Assembly (NCBI GenBank): GCA_963665115.1
Contig: OY762007.1
Location: 5,184,001-5,248,000, forward strand
Reading direction: 5' to 3'
Length of the DNA stretch: 64,000 bases
From: an uncultured Rivularia sp.
GTDB taxonomy: Bacteria > Cyanobacteriota > Cyanobacteriia > Cyanobacteriales > Nostocaceae
The translations under genes and the position numbers were made by a program. Positions 40,592-50,610 of this stretch are shown here, in pieces. Each line of letters begins with the position of its first letter. Position 1 is the first letter of the stretch. The notes under the pieces were generated by a model. The model had not been told where the DNA came from. It ran no database searches and saw only the letters and a program-made list of their open reading frames with translations.

Positions 40592-41245
40592 ATGGCAAAG
40601 AAAAAGAAATATATTTCAAAGAAGTTGATAGTAGAAGGGGAACAAGATAAAAGAGTTATTCCAGAATTTATTGAAGCTAAAGGAATTTCTTGGGGAGAAA
40701 GACGAGATACAGCGATTGTTGATATTGAAGTTTATGGTGGTAATCAATTTATAGATTCAGATTTTATTGGAACTGAATTAAAAGCTTCTGGTTTGACAAA
40801 TTTGGGATTAATAGTTGATGCAGATGATAATCCTTCAGGATGTTGGGAAAGTATAAGAAACGCTTGCTTAAAGATAATGCCCGATTTTCCACAAAAATTA
40901 CCTAATACAGGATTAATTCATGAAAATAATGGGATTAAATTTGGTGTCTGGATAATGCCAGATAATCAACAAAAAGGAATGTTAGAAACTTTCTTGGCAT
41001 ATATGGTTACAGATAAAAATGAATATCTTTGGAAATACGCCCAAGAAGTAGTTAAAGAAGCGAAAAATAAAGGCGCTGCATTTAAAGATTCTCATTTTGA
41101 TAAAGCTAATATCTACACTTGGCTAGCTTGGCAAAACGAGCCTGGTAGACAGTTACATCAAGCTATTAAAGAACGTATTCTAAATCCAAAGCATCCGAAA
41201 GCGGAAATGTTTTTTAATTGGTTTAAAGCTTTGTATGATTTATAG
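40592..41245 (+). CDS. DUF3226 / TOPRIM-like putative nuclease partner of the ATPase
   Basis: IVEGEQD and IVDADD TOPRIM motifs, WIMPDN...GMLETFL; starts 4 bp after the ATPase stop. Confidence 0.78.
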   Translation: MAKKKKYISKKLIVEGEQDKRVIPEFIEAKGISWGERRDTAIVDIEVYGGNQFIDSDFIGTELKASGLTNLGLIVDADDNPSGCWESIRNACLKIMPDFPQKLPNTGLIHENNGIKFGVWIMPDNQQKGMLETFLAYMVTDKNEYLWKYAQEVVKEAKNKGAAFKDSHFDKANIYTWLAWQNEPGRQLHQAIKERILNPKHPKAEMFFNWFKALYDL

Positions 41246-41285
41246 AGATTTTTGATAAACGTATACAATTATTCAATGCCCAATC

Positions 41286-41894
41286 ATGCAAATAACTCAA
41301 CAGCGCTATTACACACCTGAAGAATATCTGGAATTAGAAGAAACTGCTGAGAATAAAAACGAATATATTGACGGAGAAATTATTCCGATGGCAGGTGCAT
41401 CTACCAATCACAATCGTATAGCAGGTAATTTATATTCTGCTGCTAACTTTGCTTTCAGAAAGGAAAATTATGAAGCTTTTATCAGCGATGTACGTTTGTG
41501 GATACCTAAACGACGAATATATTTTTATCCCGACGTGATGATTGTGGCTGGTGAAGCGGAGTATTATAATAACCGCACGGATACGATTTTAAATCCACAG
41601 ATGATTATAGAAGTTTTATCCAAATCAACCAAAGGTTATGATAAAGAAGGTAAATTTGAAATTTATCGTACAGTTGAATCTTTTCAAGAATATCTATTAA
41701 TTGACCAAACTAAAATTCGTGTCGAGCAGTATTTCAAAACTGGAAAGAAACAATGGGTAATGCGCGAATACGATGAGGAAGATGAGAATGTTACTTTTAA
41801 TAGCTTAACCTTTGAAATTTTGTTAGAAGATTTGTATAGTAAGGTGAAGTTTGAAGCGGTTGAGTTGGAAAATCATGGGAGTGAAGAAGTTTAG
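41286..41894 (+). CDS. Uma2 family PD-(D/E)xK endonuclease
   Basis: EYIDGEI..M...S..H, YPDV, IEVLSKST..YD...KF..Y. Confidence 0.9.
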   Translation: MQITQQRYYTPEEYLELEETAENKNEYIDGEIIPMAGASTNHNRIAGNLYSAANFAFRKENYEAFISDVRLWIPKRRIYFYPDVMIVAGEAEYYNNRTDTILNPQMIIEVLSKSTKGYDKEGKFEIYRTVESFQEYLLIDQTKIRVEQYFKTGKKQWVMREYDEEDENVTFNSLTFEILLEDLYSKVKFEAVELENHGSEEV

Positions 41895-41996
41895 TTACAA
41901 GATTTTTTGTTTGATAATTGTTTAAAAGCCAATAACCAGGGGCGAACGTGGCTGTATAAAAGTTTAAGGACTTAGATTACATTACTTGCTTTTTGT

Positions 41997-42020
41997 TAAT
42001 GAATACTTTAGTATTCATTA
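41997..42020. promoter_or_regulatory. Palindromic operator (C-box) just upstream of the MTase start
   Basis: TAATGAATACT-TT-AGTATTCATTA with perfect 11-bp arms. Confidence 0.7.
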
Positions 42021-42022
42021 TT

Positions 42023-43171
42023 ATGAAACATACATTTATTGATTTATTTGCAGGTGCGGGTGGCTTATCTACAGGATTTCACATGGCTGGTTTCAAATCC
42101 CTGTGTGCCATTGATGCTAACAGTAAGGCTTTAGCTACGTACCAACATAATTATCCTGAAGCACGTATTATTCACCAAGATATTCAAAAAATTAATCCTT
42201 TAGAATTACGATTATTATTAGGTTTAAAAAAGGAAGAACTAACTGCTTTAATCGGTGGTCCTCCTTGTCAAGGTTTTTCACGTAATGTCACAGCAAAGTA
42301 TCGATATTTAAGTGACCCTCGTAATCTTTTATATAAAACTTTTTTAGAGTATGTAAGTGAATTTAGACCTCTATACGTTGTAATGGAAAACGTACCTGAG
42401 ATACTAAAAGCATATGATGGTGCAGTAAAAAATGATATACAGGCCGAACTAAAATCAATTGGATACAAAATTACATCAGCATCTTTAAACGCAGCTGATT
42501 ACGGTGTACCGCAAACTAGGTCAAGAGCTTTTTTTCTAGCTAGCTTGGATAGTCAAGCACCTTCAATTCCAGAGCCAACACATAAAGATATTAAATCTGA
42601 TTCTCAACTGCAATTAACTATATTTGAGTCATCTTTTAATCCAATTATTACTGTTAAAGATGCGATAGGAGATTTACCTTCATTGGAAGCTGGTCAAGAA
42701 TACGTTAATAAATACTATCCTTCTCCTGCTCAAAGCCATTACCAATCATTAATACGCAACGGAAGCCAAAAAATTACCAATCATGTTGCACGTGCTTTAA
42801 GTTCGATTCAAATGGCTAGAGCAAGGGCTTTAAAAGAAGGAGAAGACGCAAGAAACTTACCACCACAATTGGCTCCAAAAAAGCACTATAGTGGTGCATA
42901 TGGAAGATTGTTTTGGAATAAACCAGCAAGAACAATTACAAAGTGGGTTTTTCATCCTGGTTCTGGAAGATTTTTTCATCCTACTCAAAATAGAACTATT
43001 ACAATCCGAGAAGCAGCAAGATTGCATTCCTATCCCGATACTTTTCACTTTATAGGGTCATATACAAATATGGCTGCTCAAATTGGAGAATCTGTTCCTC
43101 CAATGCTTTCTAAAGCAATAGCTGCATCTTTACTCAAGGAGAATTGTCTTCATCAAAAGACTCTTGCATAG
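42023..43171 (+). CDS. DNA cytosine-5 methyltransferase
   Basis: DLFAGAGG, GGPPCQGFS, MENV, YGVPQTRSR, TIREAARL, QIGESVPP. Confidence 0.93.
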   Translation: MKHTFIDLFAGAGGLSTGFHMAGFKSLCAIDANSKALATYQHNYPEARIIHQDIQKINPLELRLLLGLKKEELTALIGGPPCQGFSRNVTAKYRYLSDPRNLLYKTFLEYVSEFRPLYVVMENVPEILKAYDGAVKNDIQAELKSIGYKITSASLNAADYGVPQTRSRAFFLASLDSQAPSIPEPTHKDIKSDSQLQLTIFESSFNPIITVKDAIGDLPSLEAGQEYVNKYYPSPAQSHYQSLIRNGSQKITNHVARALSSIQMARARALKEGEDARNLPPQLAPKKHYSGAYGRLFWNKPARTITKWVFHPGSGRFFHPTQNRTITIREAARLHSYPDTFHFIGSYTNMAAQIGESVPPMLSKAIAASLLKENCLHQKTLA

Positions 43172-43883
43172 ATTGTTGCTCTAAAGATGACAAAATAGTT
43201 TCCACATACTCAGTAGGATTAAGGCGATATCTTTTGACAGTTATACGAGTTGCTTGTTCGGGAATAGTTCTAGTTCTAAAAAGCTGTTTTTGATTTTTAT
43301 ACCAGACTAATTCTACGTTTCCTTCGATGCTTCCCTGTAAACCAGCACCTGACTTACCAGTTTTTCTATCTGTTGTCCAATTCCATGAAAAAGCATCTGC
43401 TTGTAATGGTTCTAAAGGAAATTCACAATAAACATATTCTGTACCTTTAATGGTTTTCAAAAGTATTCCTTCGTAACTAGTCCTAACACCTTGTGCTAAA
43501 CGACTAGTAATAATTTTTTCATTCCAATGTTTAACGATAGCAGCCCCAATATCTTGAGGTGAAGATTTTTCCGTTAATCCAGGGAAACCAAGCAAATCTG
43601 CTTTTTTGATAACATCTGCTCTTTGAATTACAAATGAAAAAGAACTTCCAACTAAAAGATTAGTTTTTTGAAGAGACTTTAACGACCAACCAATCGCATT
43701 TTCTCTATCAACAGCATCATATAGAAATTTACTACGTCCTAATGCTGGATCTAACATTGAAAGGTTCTTAACATAATGAAAAATAGCTTCCCATGCATAA
43801 TCTTCTATAGAACCAATAACTGGAGATGCTATTGTCGCTATTATTGCCTTTCTTAATCTTTCAATTTCTTCACTCCTCAGCAC
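43134..43883 (-). CDS. Putative type II restriction endonuclease
   Basis: Coupled to the C gene and convergent/overlapping with the MTase; E..E..YD-x8-WSLK resembles a PD-(D/E)xK variant. Confidence 0.6.
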   Translation of the reverse strand: MLRSEEIERLRKAIIATIASPVIGSIEDYAWEAIFHYVKNLSMLDPALGRSKFLYDAVDRENAIGWSLKSLQKTNLLVGSSFSFVIQRADVIKKADLLGFPGLTEKSSPQDIGAAIVKHWNEKIITSRLAQGVRTSYEGILLKTIKGTEYVYCEFPLEPLQADAFSWNWTTDRKTGKSGAGLQGSIEGNVELVWYKNQKQLFRTRTIPEQATRITVKRYRLNPTEYVETILSSLEQQSMQESFDEDNSP

Positions 43884-44112
43884 TCAAAGCTTCCTCTACT
43901 CCTTTTAAAAATTCACTCATCTTCACTTCCAAAGCTCCCGTTATATGACTAAGAACTCGTATAGAAGGACTTTTTAAACCGCGCTCGAGTTGGCTGATAT
44001 AAGTTCTATGCAGACCTGTAATTTCTGCTAAATACTCCTGTGACCAACCTTTTTCTGCACGACGGCGTTGTATTTCTTGCCCTAAATAGCTATCTAACTT
44101 ACCAGACTGCAT
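43870..44112 (-). CDS. XRE HTH controller (C) protein
   Basis: RRAEKGWSQEYLAEITGLHRTYISQLERGLKSPSI, typical C-protein HRTY helix. Confidence 0.82.
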   Translation of the reverse strand: MQSGKLDSYLGQEIQRRRAEKGWSQEYLAEITGLHRTYISQLERGLKSPSIRVLSHITGALEVKMSEFLKGVEEALSAEE

Positions 44113-44131
44113 AAAGGATAAGTTAAATCTT

Positions 44132-44164
44132 TGTAGACAATAGTTCTACAGACTAAAGTATTCA
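44132..44164 (-). promoter_or_regulatory. Tandem C-box operator of the C-R operon
   Basis: TGAATACTTTAGTCT-GTAGAACTATTGTCTACA, two sites offset by 15 bp. Confidence 0.7.
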
Positions 44165-44280
44165 AAAAGTAGATATATTTTTTTTAAAACCAGACTAGCA
44201 GTTCTTTCCAGAATGCACTGAAACCATATTTATGTAAGCTATAATACAAACTTGAAACGTAGTATTAACAGGGTGATGAT

Positions 44281-46065
44281 ATGAGTATTAGACCTGATAA
44301 TTTCACTTTAGACAAACTTCTTCAAAACAAATTATTTAGAATTCCAGAATATCAAAGAGCTTATAGCTGGGAAAAAAAACAGCGAAAGGAATTATTTGAA
44401 GATATTAAAAAGCTTGCGGCAAATTCAAATACACAGCGCCGTCATTTTATGTCAACTGTTGTATGTCTACAAACTGGTGAAAAGGAATACATCGATGCGG
44501 ATGAATTTGATTTATCTTATATTGTTGATGGTCAACAGCGTATTACTACTTTAATTATTCTACTCAAAGCTTTAGCTAAAGTACTTGCGAAACGAGATAC
44601 AACTACAACTGAAACAAGGGAATCATCAAAAATTGATGAGCTTTTAGTCAAAACAGATGGAAGACATATTTTATTACAAACTAATCATGATAATAAGCTA
44701 TTACTAAGAAATTATTTAGAAAATGGTGAAGTTCCTGAAGAAAAAGAACAAGAAACCTTAGCTGATATAAATATGCTTAGGGCTTTTAGAGAATGTGAAA
44801 AATTTGTGGATGAATGGGAAAAAGAGAATAAAAATATTATTGACCTTTTAAAATTAGTTAAAAATCGTCTTGAATTTATTTATTATGTTCTTGATGATGA
44901 AGGAACTGCACATAGAATTTTTGAAGTTGTGAATAGTAGAGGATTAGAAGTCGATTGGCTTGATAAGTGCAAGAGTATATTAATGGGTATTGCTTGTGAA
45001 AAACTTGGAACTGCCAGTAAAGAGAGTGTAGATCAAATTCATGAATGTTGGTCAAAAATATATAGAACAATAGGACTAAAAAAAATAGAAGGACAGGAAA
45101 TTTTAAGATTTGCAGCAGCCCTTGAAGGTTCAAGTACCACTAGCAAAATAATAAATGCTGAGAAAGCGATTGAATTTTTTCGTGAGAAATGCCAACAAAA
45201 TCCTGATGAAACAATAAAAGTATCAGAGAAGTTTTCCAAAATTGCAAAAGAATTAGAAAAACTTGTTACAAACAATCGCTTGAACGGTGCTACAAAAATA
45301 GTACATGCAAGATTACTTGCTACAGCAATTATGCTAAATGAAGTTTTAGACAAACAAGAAAAAGAAAAGCTCTTAAAAGAATGGGAAAAAGTAACATTCC
45401 GAATATTTGGTTTAAGTAAAAAAGATTCAAGAACAAAGATAGGTGAATATGTGAATCTGGCAAGAGAGATTTTTCAAATAACAATTGTGAAAGAAAAAAA
45501 CTCTACAGAAGAGCGAATAAAATTTCAAGATAAAGAGTATATAAGAGATAAGATATTAGAAGAAATAACTCAAAAAATTACTGATTTAGGAAAAGAATAT
45601 CCAGTACAGGAAGTCGCTAAGAACTTACGAGAAGCAGACTGCTATAACGGCTGGCAAGATGAACTAGTTTATTTTTTATACCGTTACGAAGAATATCTAG
45701 CGAAAAAATCTGGTGGTTCAATTAGTGATGAAGTTTGGACACAAGTTTGGAATTCATCCCCTATAAAAACTATAGAACATATATATCCACAAACTGAGAA
45801 TGATCCAGCTTGGAAGGGAAAGCTAGGTACTAACAAAGCTGATATTGAAAAACACATTCATCGTTTAGGTAATTTAATAGTTTTAACTCCTAGCACGAAT
45901 TCAAAAGCTAGCAACAAACCTTTCCAAGAAAAAAAAGAAATTTATAAAGATGATAGGGGTTTAAAATTGTTAGAGGAAGTTATCGCATTAAATGACTGGG
46001 ATATTAAAACTTTAGAAGAGCGTGAGGAAAAACTTATTAAATTTGTAGAACAAGAATGGGGATGA
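44281..46065 (+). CDS. GmrSD-like DUF262-DUF1524 (HNH) type IV restriction protein
   Basis: IPEYQRAYSW, VDGQQRITT, FEVVNSRG; EHIYPQ...LGNL...N. Confidence 0.88.
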   Translation: MSIRPDNFTLDKLLQNKLFRIPEYQRAYSWEKKQRKELFEDIKKLAANSNTQRRHFMSTVVCLQTGEKEYIDADEFDLSYIVDGQQRITTLIILLKALAKVLAKRDTTTTETRESSKIDELLVKTDGRHILLQTNHDNKLLLRNYLENGEVPEEKEQETLADINMLRAFRECEKFVDEWEKENKNIIDLLKLVKNRLEFIYYVLDDEGTAHRIFEVVNSRGLEVDWLDKCKSILMGIACEKLGTASKESVDQIHECWSKIYRTIGLKKIEGQEILRFAAALEGSSTTSKIINAEKAIEFFREKCQQNPDETIKVSEKFSKIAKELEKLVTNNRLNGATKIVHARLLATAIMLNEVLDKQEKEKLLKEWEKVTFRIFGLSKKDSRTKIGEYVNLAREIFQITIVKEKNSTEERIKFQDKEYIRDKILEEITQKITDLGKEYPVQEVAKNLREADCYNGWQDELVYFLYRYEEYLAKKSGGSISDEVWTQVWNSSPIKTIEHIYPQTENDPAWKGKLGTNKADIEKHIHRLGNLIVLTPSTNSKASNKPFQEKKEIYKDDRGLKLLEEVIALNDWDIKTLEEREEKLIKFVEQEWG

Positions 46066-46169
46066 TAATGCATTATTATCCTAATTAAGCAGTGATATTA
46101 AGTGATATTAAGCCTATCCCCCACCACCAACGCTACAATCACTAATGGTGTTATCTTTCCCCCCAACCT

Positions 46170-48774
46170 ATGACAACCAACTCCTCACAACTCCCTCAAC
46201 TCCTCGCTCCTGCTGGTAATTGGGAATGCGCGAAAGCTGCTGTCGAAAATGGTGCTGATGCAATTTACTTCGGCTTAGATAAATTCAACGCTAGAATGCG
46301 TGCGGAAAATTTCACGGAAGCCGATTTACCGGAGTTAATGCAGTTTCTTCACCTCCGAGGAGTCAAGGGTTACGTTACTCTCAATACTTTGGTTTTTCCC
46401 CAGGAGCTAAAGCAAGCACAGCGTTACATTAAATCAATTATTGCTGCTGGAGTTGATGCGGTTATCGTTCAAGATATTGGGATTTGTCGTTTGATTCGCC
46501 ACATTTCACCCGACTTTCCCATTCATACTTCGACGCAGATGACGGTGACTAGTGCGGTTGGGGTGGAGTTTGCGAAGGAGCTTGGCTGTAATTTGGTGGT
46601 GTTGGCTCGGGAATGTTCGATTAAGGAAATTAATAAGATTCAGCAGCAGACAAAAGAAAGTTCCTTACCCTTGGAAGTTTTTGTTCATGGTGCTTTGTGT
46701 GTTGCTTATTCCGGACAATGTTTAACTTCCGAAGCTTTGGGAGGGTCGTTCGGCTAACCGTGGTGAATGTGCCCAAGCTTGCCGAATGACCTACGAGTTA
46801 ATCGCAGATGGGGAAACTGTTGAGTTAGGCGATCGCAAATATCTTCTCAGCCCCCAAGATTTGGCTGGACTTGATGTTCTACCCGATTTAGTGAAATCTG
46901 GAGTCAGTTGTTTAAAAATTGAAGGACGTTTGAAGTCGCCGGAGTATGTGGCGAATGTGACAAAGGTTTATCGCGAGGCTTTGGATAGGTTAAAGGTTGA
47001 GATCCCCCCTAGCCCCCCTTATGAAGGGGGGGATAAAAAAGCCCCCTCTTTTAAACATATTGAGAAAACCAATAATCCCGAATTTACGGCTTCCAACCAT
47101 AAGAAGCACAAAGCCCCCCTTCTTAAGGGGGGTTGGGGGGATCGAGAAAAATACAATTTGGAAATGGCTTTTTCGCGGGGAATTTACACGGGTTGGTTTG
47201 AGGGAATTAACAATCAAGAATTAGTTCACGCTCGATTTGGTAAGAAGCGTGGGGTTTATTTAGGAGAAGTTAAAAGTATTCGCAACGAAAAAGTAACTAT
47301 TAAATCCGTTGCACCGATTAAACCCGGTGATGGTGTTGTGTTTGATTGCGGACACCCGGAAGCGAAGGAGGAAGGAGGCAGAATTTATGGGGTGGAAAAT
47401 CAAGGAAAGGATGTTGTACTAAGTTTCGGGAAAGGTAATTTAAATTGGGGACGGATTCATGTTGGCGATAAGTTATGGAAAACTTCAGATCCCGAACTTG
47501 ATAAGCAGTTAAGACAAAGCTTTGCCGGAGATAATCCGAAGTTTCAGCGTCCGATTGATGTAGAAGTTCATGGGGAAGTTGGAGAAAATTTAGTGGCGAT
47601 CGCTCGCGATGAAATTGGTCATGTGGTGCAGGTTGAATCGGAAATCTTATTAGTAGAAGCGCATAATAAACCTTTAACAACACAAATATTACAAGAGCAA
47701 TTTGGACGTTTGGGTAATACTCCTTTTTATTTAAAAGAGTTGACAAATAGCATCAATGGTGAATTAATGTTGCCCGTGAGCGAATTAAATAAAATGCGTC
47801 GGCAAATTGTAGTTAAGTTGGAAGAATTAAGAAGTCAACCCAAACGATGGGTGATTAATGAAAATGCTTCTTTTAAAGATTTACTTATTTCTGATTCTCC
47901 TAATATTCCTAATTCTCCAAATTTAATAGTTTTAGTTAGGAACCTCAACCAGTTAGAAGCAGCATTAAAAACCGGAATTAATACTATATATTGTGAATTT
48001 GAAGACCCGAAAAAGTACAAACAAGCAGTTGAGAAGGTTAAAGGTCAAAGGTTAAAGGTTAAAGGTGAATTTCTTTATCCTCAAATTATCGTTGCTCCTC
48101 CGAGAATTACTAAACCGTCGGAAAACTGGATTTTACAACAGGTAATTAATTCCAATGCTGATGGTTATTTGATTCGGAATTACGATCATTTAAAATTCTT
48201 TGCTGAAGAAAGATGTATTGGCGATTTTTCGTTAAATGTTGCAAATGCTTTAACGGCGGATTATTTCAAAAATAAGTTTAATTTAGAACGTCTCACTGCT
48301 TCTTACGACTTAAATATTCAACAACTCCAAGATTTATTAAAAACCTCTCCTCCCGATTGGTACGAAGTTACAATACACCAACATATGCCGATGTTTCATA
48401 TGGAACATTGCGTTTTTTGTGCTTTTCTTTCCGACGGTACCGACTTCCGCAATTGTGGAAGACCTTGCGAAGAATATGATGTAAAAATAAAAGATAGAGT
48501 CGGAACGGAACACGTTTTACAAGCTGATGCTGGTTGTAGAAATACGGTATTCAACGGTACCGCTCAAACTGGTGCGGAATACGTACACAAACTTTTAGAT
48601 TTGGGTTTGCAAAACTTTCGGATTGAATTTGTTAATGAAAGTCCTAAAGAAGTCGAGCAAACTATATATAGATATCAACAGTTAATTGATGGTGAAATTA
48701 AAGGTTATCAATTATGGCGAGAGTTGAATTTGCAAAGTCAATTGGGTGTGACTCGGGGAACTGTTGTAAGTTGA
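46170..48774 (+). pseudogene. U32 family (RlhA-like, DUF3656) protein, +1 frameshift (possibly an assembly error)
   Basis: LLAPAG, GADAIYFG, EVFVHGALCVAYSGQC; removing one G at 46743-45 gives GGRSANRGECAQACR and joins LKIEGR. Confidence 0.85.
47001..47143. repeat. In-frame REP-type palindrome inside the U32 gene
   Basis: GATCCCCCC...GGGGGGATC ends with two CCCCCCTT-N4-AAGGGGGG hairpins. Confidence 0.8.
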
Positions 48775-48822
48775 TAGTAGTTAGTAGTTAGTTGATAGTT
48801 TCCAATTACCAGGATAAAACTC

Positions 48823-49335
48823 ATGACCATTTCTATGTATCAAGCTTCAGTACCTTCATTGATTCGCTCGCTGAATAACCTTGCAGCTATTCTTGAAAAA
48901 GGTGCTGCTCATGCTGAAGCCAAAAATATAGATCCTTCTGTATTGATTGGTAGCCGTTTATATCCAGATATGCTCCCTCTATATAAGCAAGTTCAAATTG
49001 CTTCAGACATTGCTAGAAGAGGTGCAGCAAGATTAGCGGAATCGGAAGCACCGGCAATTGAAGATAATGAAACAACTTTTCGAGAACTAATCACTCGTCT
49101 TCAAAAAACCACTTCTTACCTAGAAACTTTGACACCAAATCTCATTGATGGCTCTGAGGAAAAATCGATTTCTCTTCCAGTTGGTAAAGAAACTATGACT
49201 TTTAAGGGAATGCCCTATCTGCTTTACTTTGTTTTACCTAATGTCTATTTTCATGTCACGACTGCTTATGACATTCTCAGACATTGCGGAGTAGAGCTAG
49301 GTAAAATTGATTTTCTAGGAAAACCAGAGTCTTAG
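48823..49335 (+). CDS. DUF1993 family protein
   Basis: RLYPDMLPL..QVQ, PNVYFHVTTAYDILRH.GV.LGK.DF. Confidence 0.88.
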   Translation: MTISMYQASVPSLIRSLNNLAAILEKGAAHAEAKNIDPSVLIGSRLYPDMLPLYKQVQIASDIARRGAARLAESEAPAIEDNETTFRELITRLQKTTSYLETLTPNLIDGSEEKSISLPVGKETMTFKGMPYLLYFVLPNVYFHVTTAYDILRHCGVELGKIDFLGKPES

Positions 49336-49376
49336 AGAAATTCCTGAGATAAGTGGAGGTATATAAAAGCAATATC

Positions 49377-50243
49377 TTAAAATACCTCCAAAAACCTATC
49401 TAAAACCACCGAGACATCATTTTTCCGCCAAATCATCGCAATACTAACTTTTGGCGTTTCTTCAACAAAAGATTTATAAACTACACCCGTGCGTTGCAGA
49501 TTTTGTAATGATTCTGGAACGATTGCAACGCCTATTTCAGCAGCAACTAAACTAACTATAGTCTGCATTTGAATAGCTTCTTGGGCAACCTTGGGACTAA
49601 AACCAACTTGCTGACAAAAGCTAATAATTAAATCGTAAAGTCCCGGTGCTAGTAAACGAGGAAATAATATAAAGGATTCATTCTTCAGAGACTGCAAACT
49701 GACTTTATCTTGACTAGCTAAAAGATGATTTTGAGGAAGGGCGATCGCCAACGATTCTTGAAAAATTATCTTTGATTCATAAGTATTTTCATCTACAGGC
49801 GGACGCACAAAACCAACATCAATTCTACCTGACTGCAACCAGCGTAGTTGTTCATCTGTAGTTAATTCATGCAGTTCCAAATTCACACCACTGGCGTGAT
49901 TCCGAAAATTTTGTAGAATATCCGGCAAAATATTATACGCTGCCGAACTAACAAAGCCCACAACCAACTGTCCAACCTCTCCTCTACTAACTTGTCTTCC
50001 CAAAAAAATTGCTTGTTCGAGTTGTCGGAAGATTTGCTGTACTTCAATTAGAAAAACCCTTCCCGCTTCGCTTAATTCTACTTTTCGTTTAGTACGGTGA
50101 AATAATTCAAAACCTAATTCCGTTTCTAACTGACGGATTTGTTGACTCAAAGGAGGTTGAGCAATATGCAATCTTTCCGCTGCTCTGCCAAAGTGTAATT
50201 CCTCAGCCAAAGTTACAAAATAACGCAAGTGTCGTAGTTCCAT
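49377..50243 (-). CDS. LysR family regulator
   Basis: MELRHLRYF..LAEELHFGRAA..L..QPPLSQQI. Confidence 0.93.
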   Translation of the reverse strand: MELRHLRYFVTLAEELHFGRAAERLHIAQPPLSQQIRQLETELGFELFHRTKRKVELSEAGRVFLIEVQQIFRQLEQAIFLGRQVSRGEVGQLVVGFVSSAAYNILPDILQNFRNHASGVNLELHELTTDEQLRWLQSGRIDVGFVRPPVDENTYESKIIFQESLAIALPQNHLLASQDKVSLQSLKNESFILFPRLLAPGLYDLIISFCQQVGFSPKVAQEAIQMQTIVSLVAAEIGVAIVPESLQNLQRTGVVYKSFVEETPKVSIAMIWRKNDVSVVLDRFLEVF

Positions 50244-50466
50244 TATTCAATTTTAGATTTTGGAAATCATGCGATGAATTGTGTAGAGACGTGATACATC
50301 ACGTCTATATATATTTTTTATATATTAATAGTGCATCAAATATGTATTGGACATAATTAAAAACCTTTTTTATGCTGTTAAATATAGCAGTATTAATTCA
50401 AATCAAATATTTGGCTATACCCTAAAACTCTTGTGGGATGGGCATCCCTGCCCGTCCATTTGTAAA

Positions 50467-50595
50467 TAAGTAATTAAACAAAATTAATTACACATTGTCA
50501 TTGCGAGTTGAACGGAGTGAAACGAAGCAATCGCAAGGGTTGGGATTACTTCGCGCAGCGAATAATGACGGTAAATATTTTTGTTCACCTACTTA
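50467..50595. mobile_element. MITE-like cassette carrying a GTCATTGCGAG-type palindrome
   Basis: TAAGTAATTAAACAAAA / TTTTGTTCACCTACTTA imperfect TIRs. Confidence 0.55.
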
Positions 50596-50610
50596 AATAA
50601 TCAAACCCAA

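Noticed and set aside
37761..46827. HIP1-free gap as proof of horizontal origin of the defence island
   Set aside because: Gaps of about 7 kb also occur in core regions here, so it is not significant on its own.
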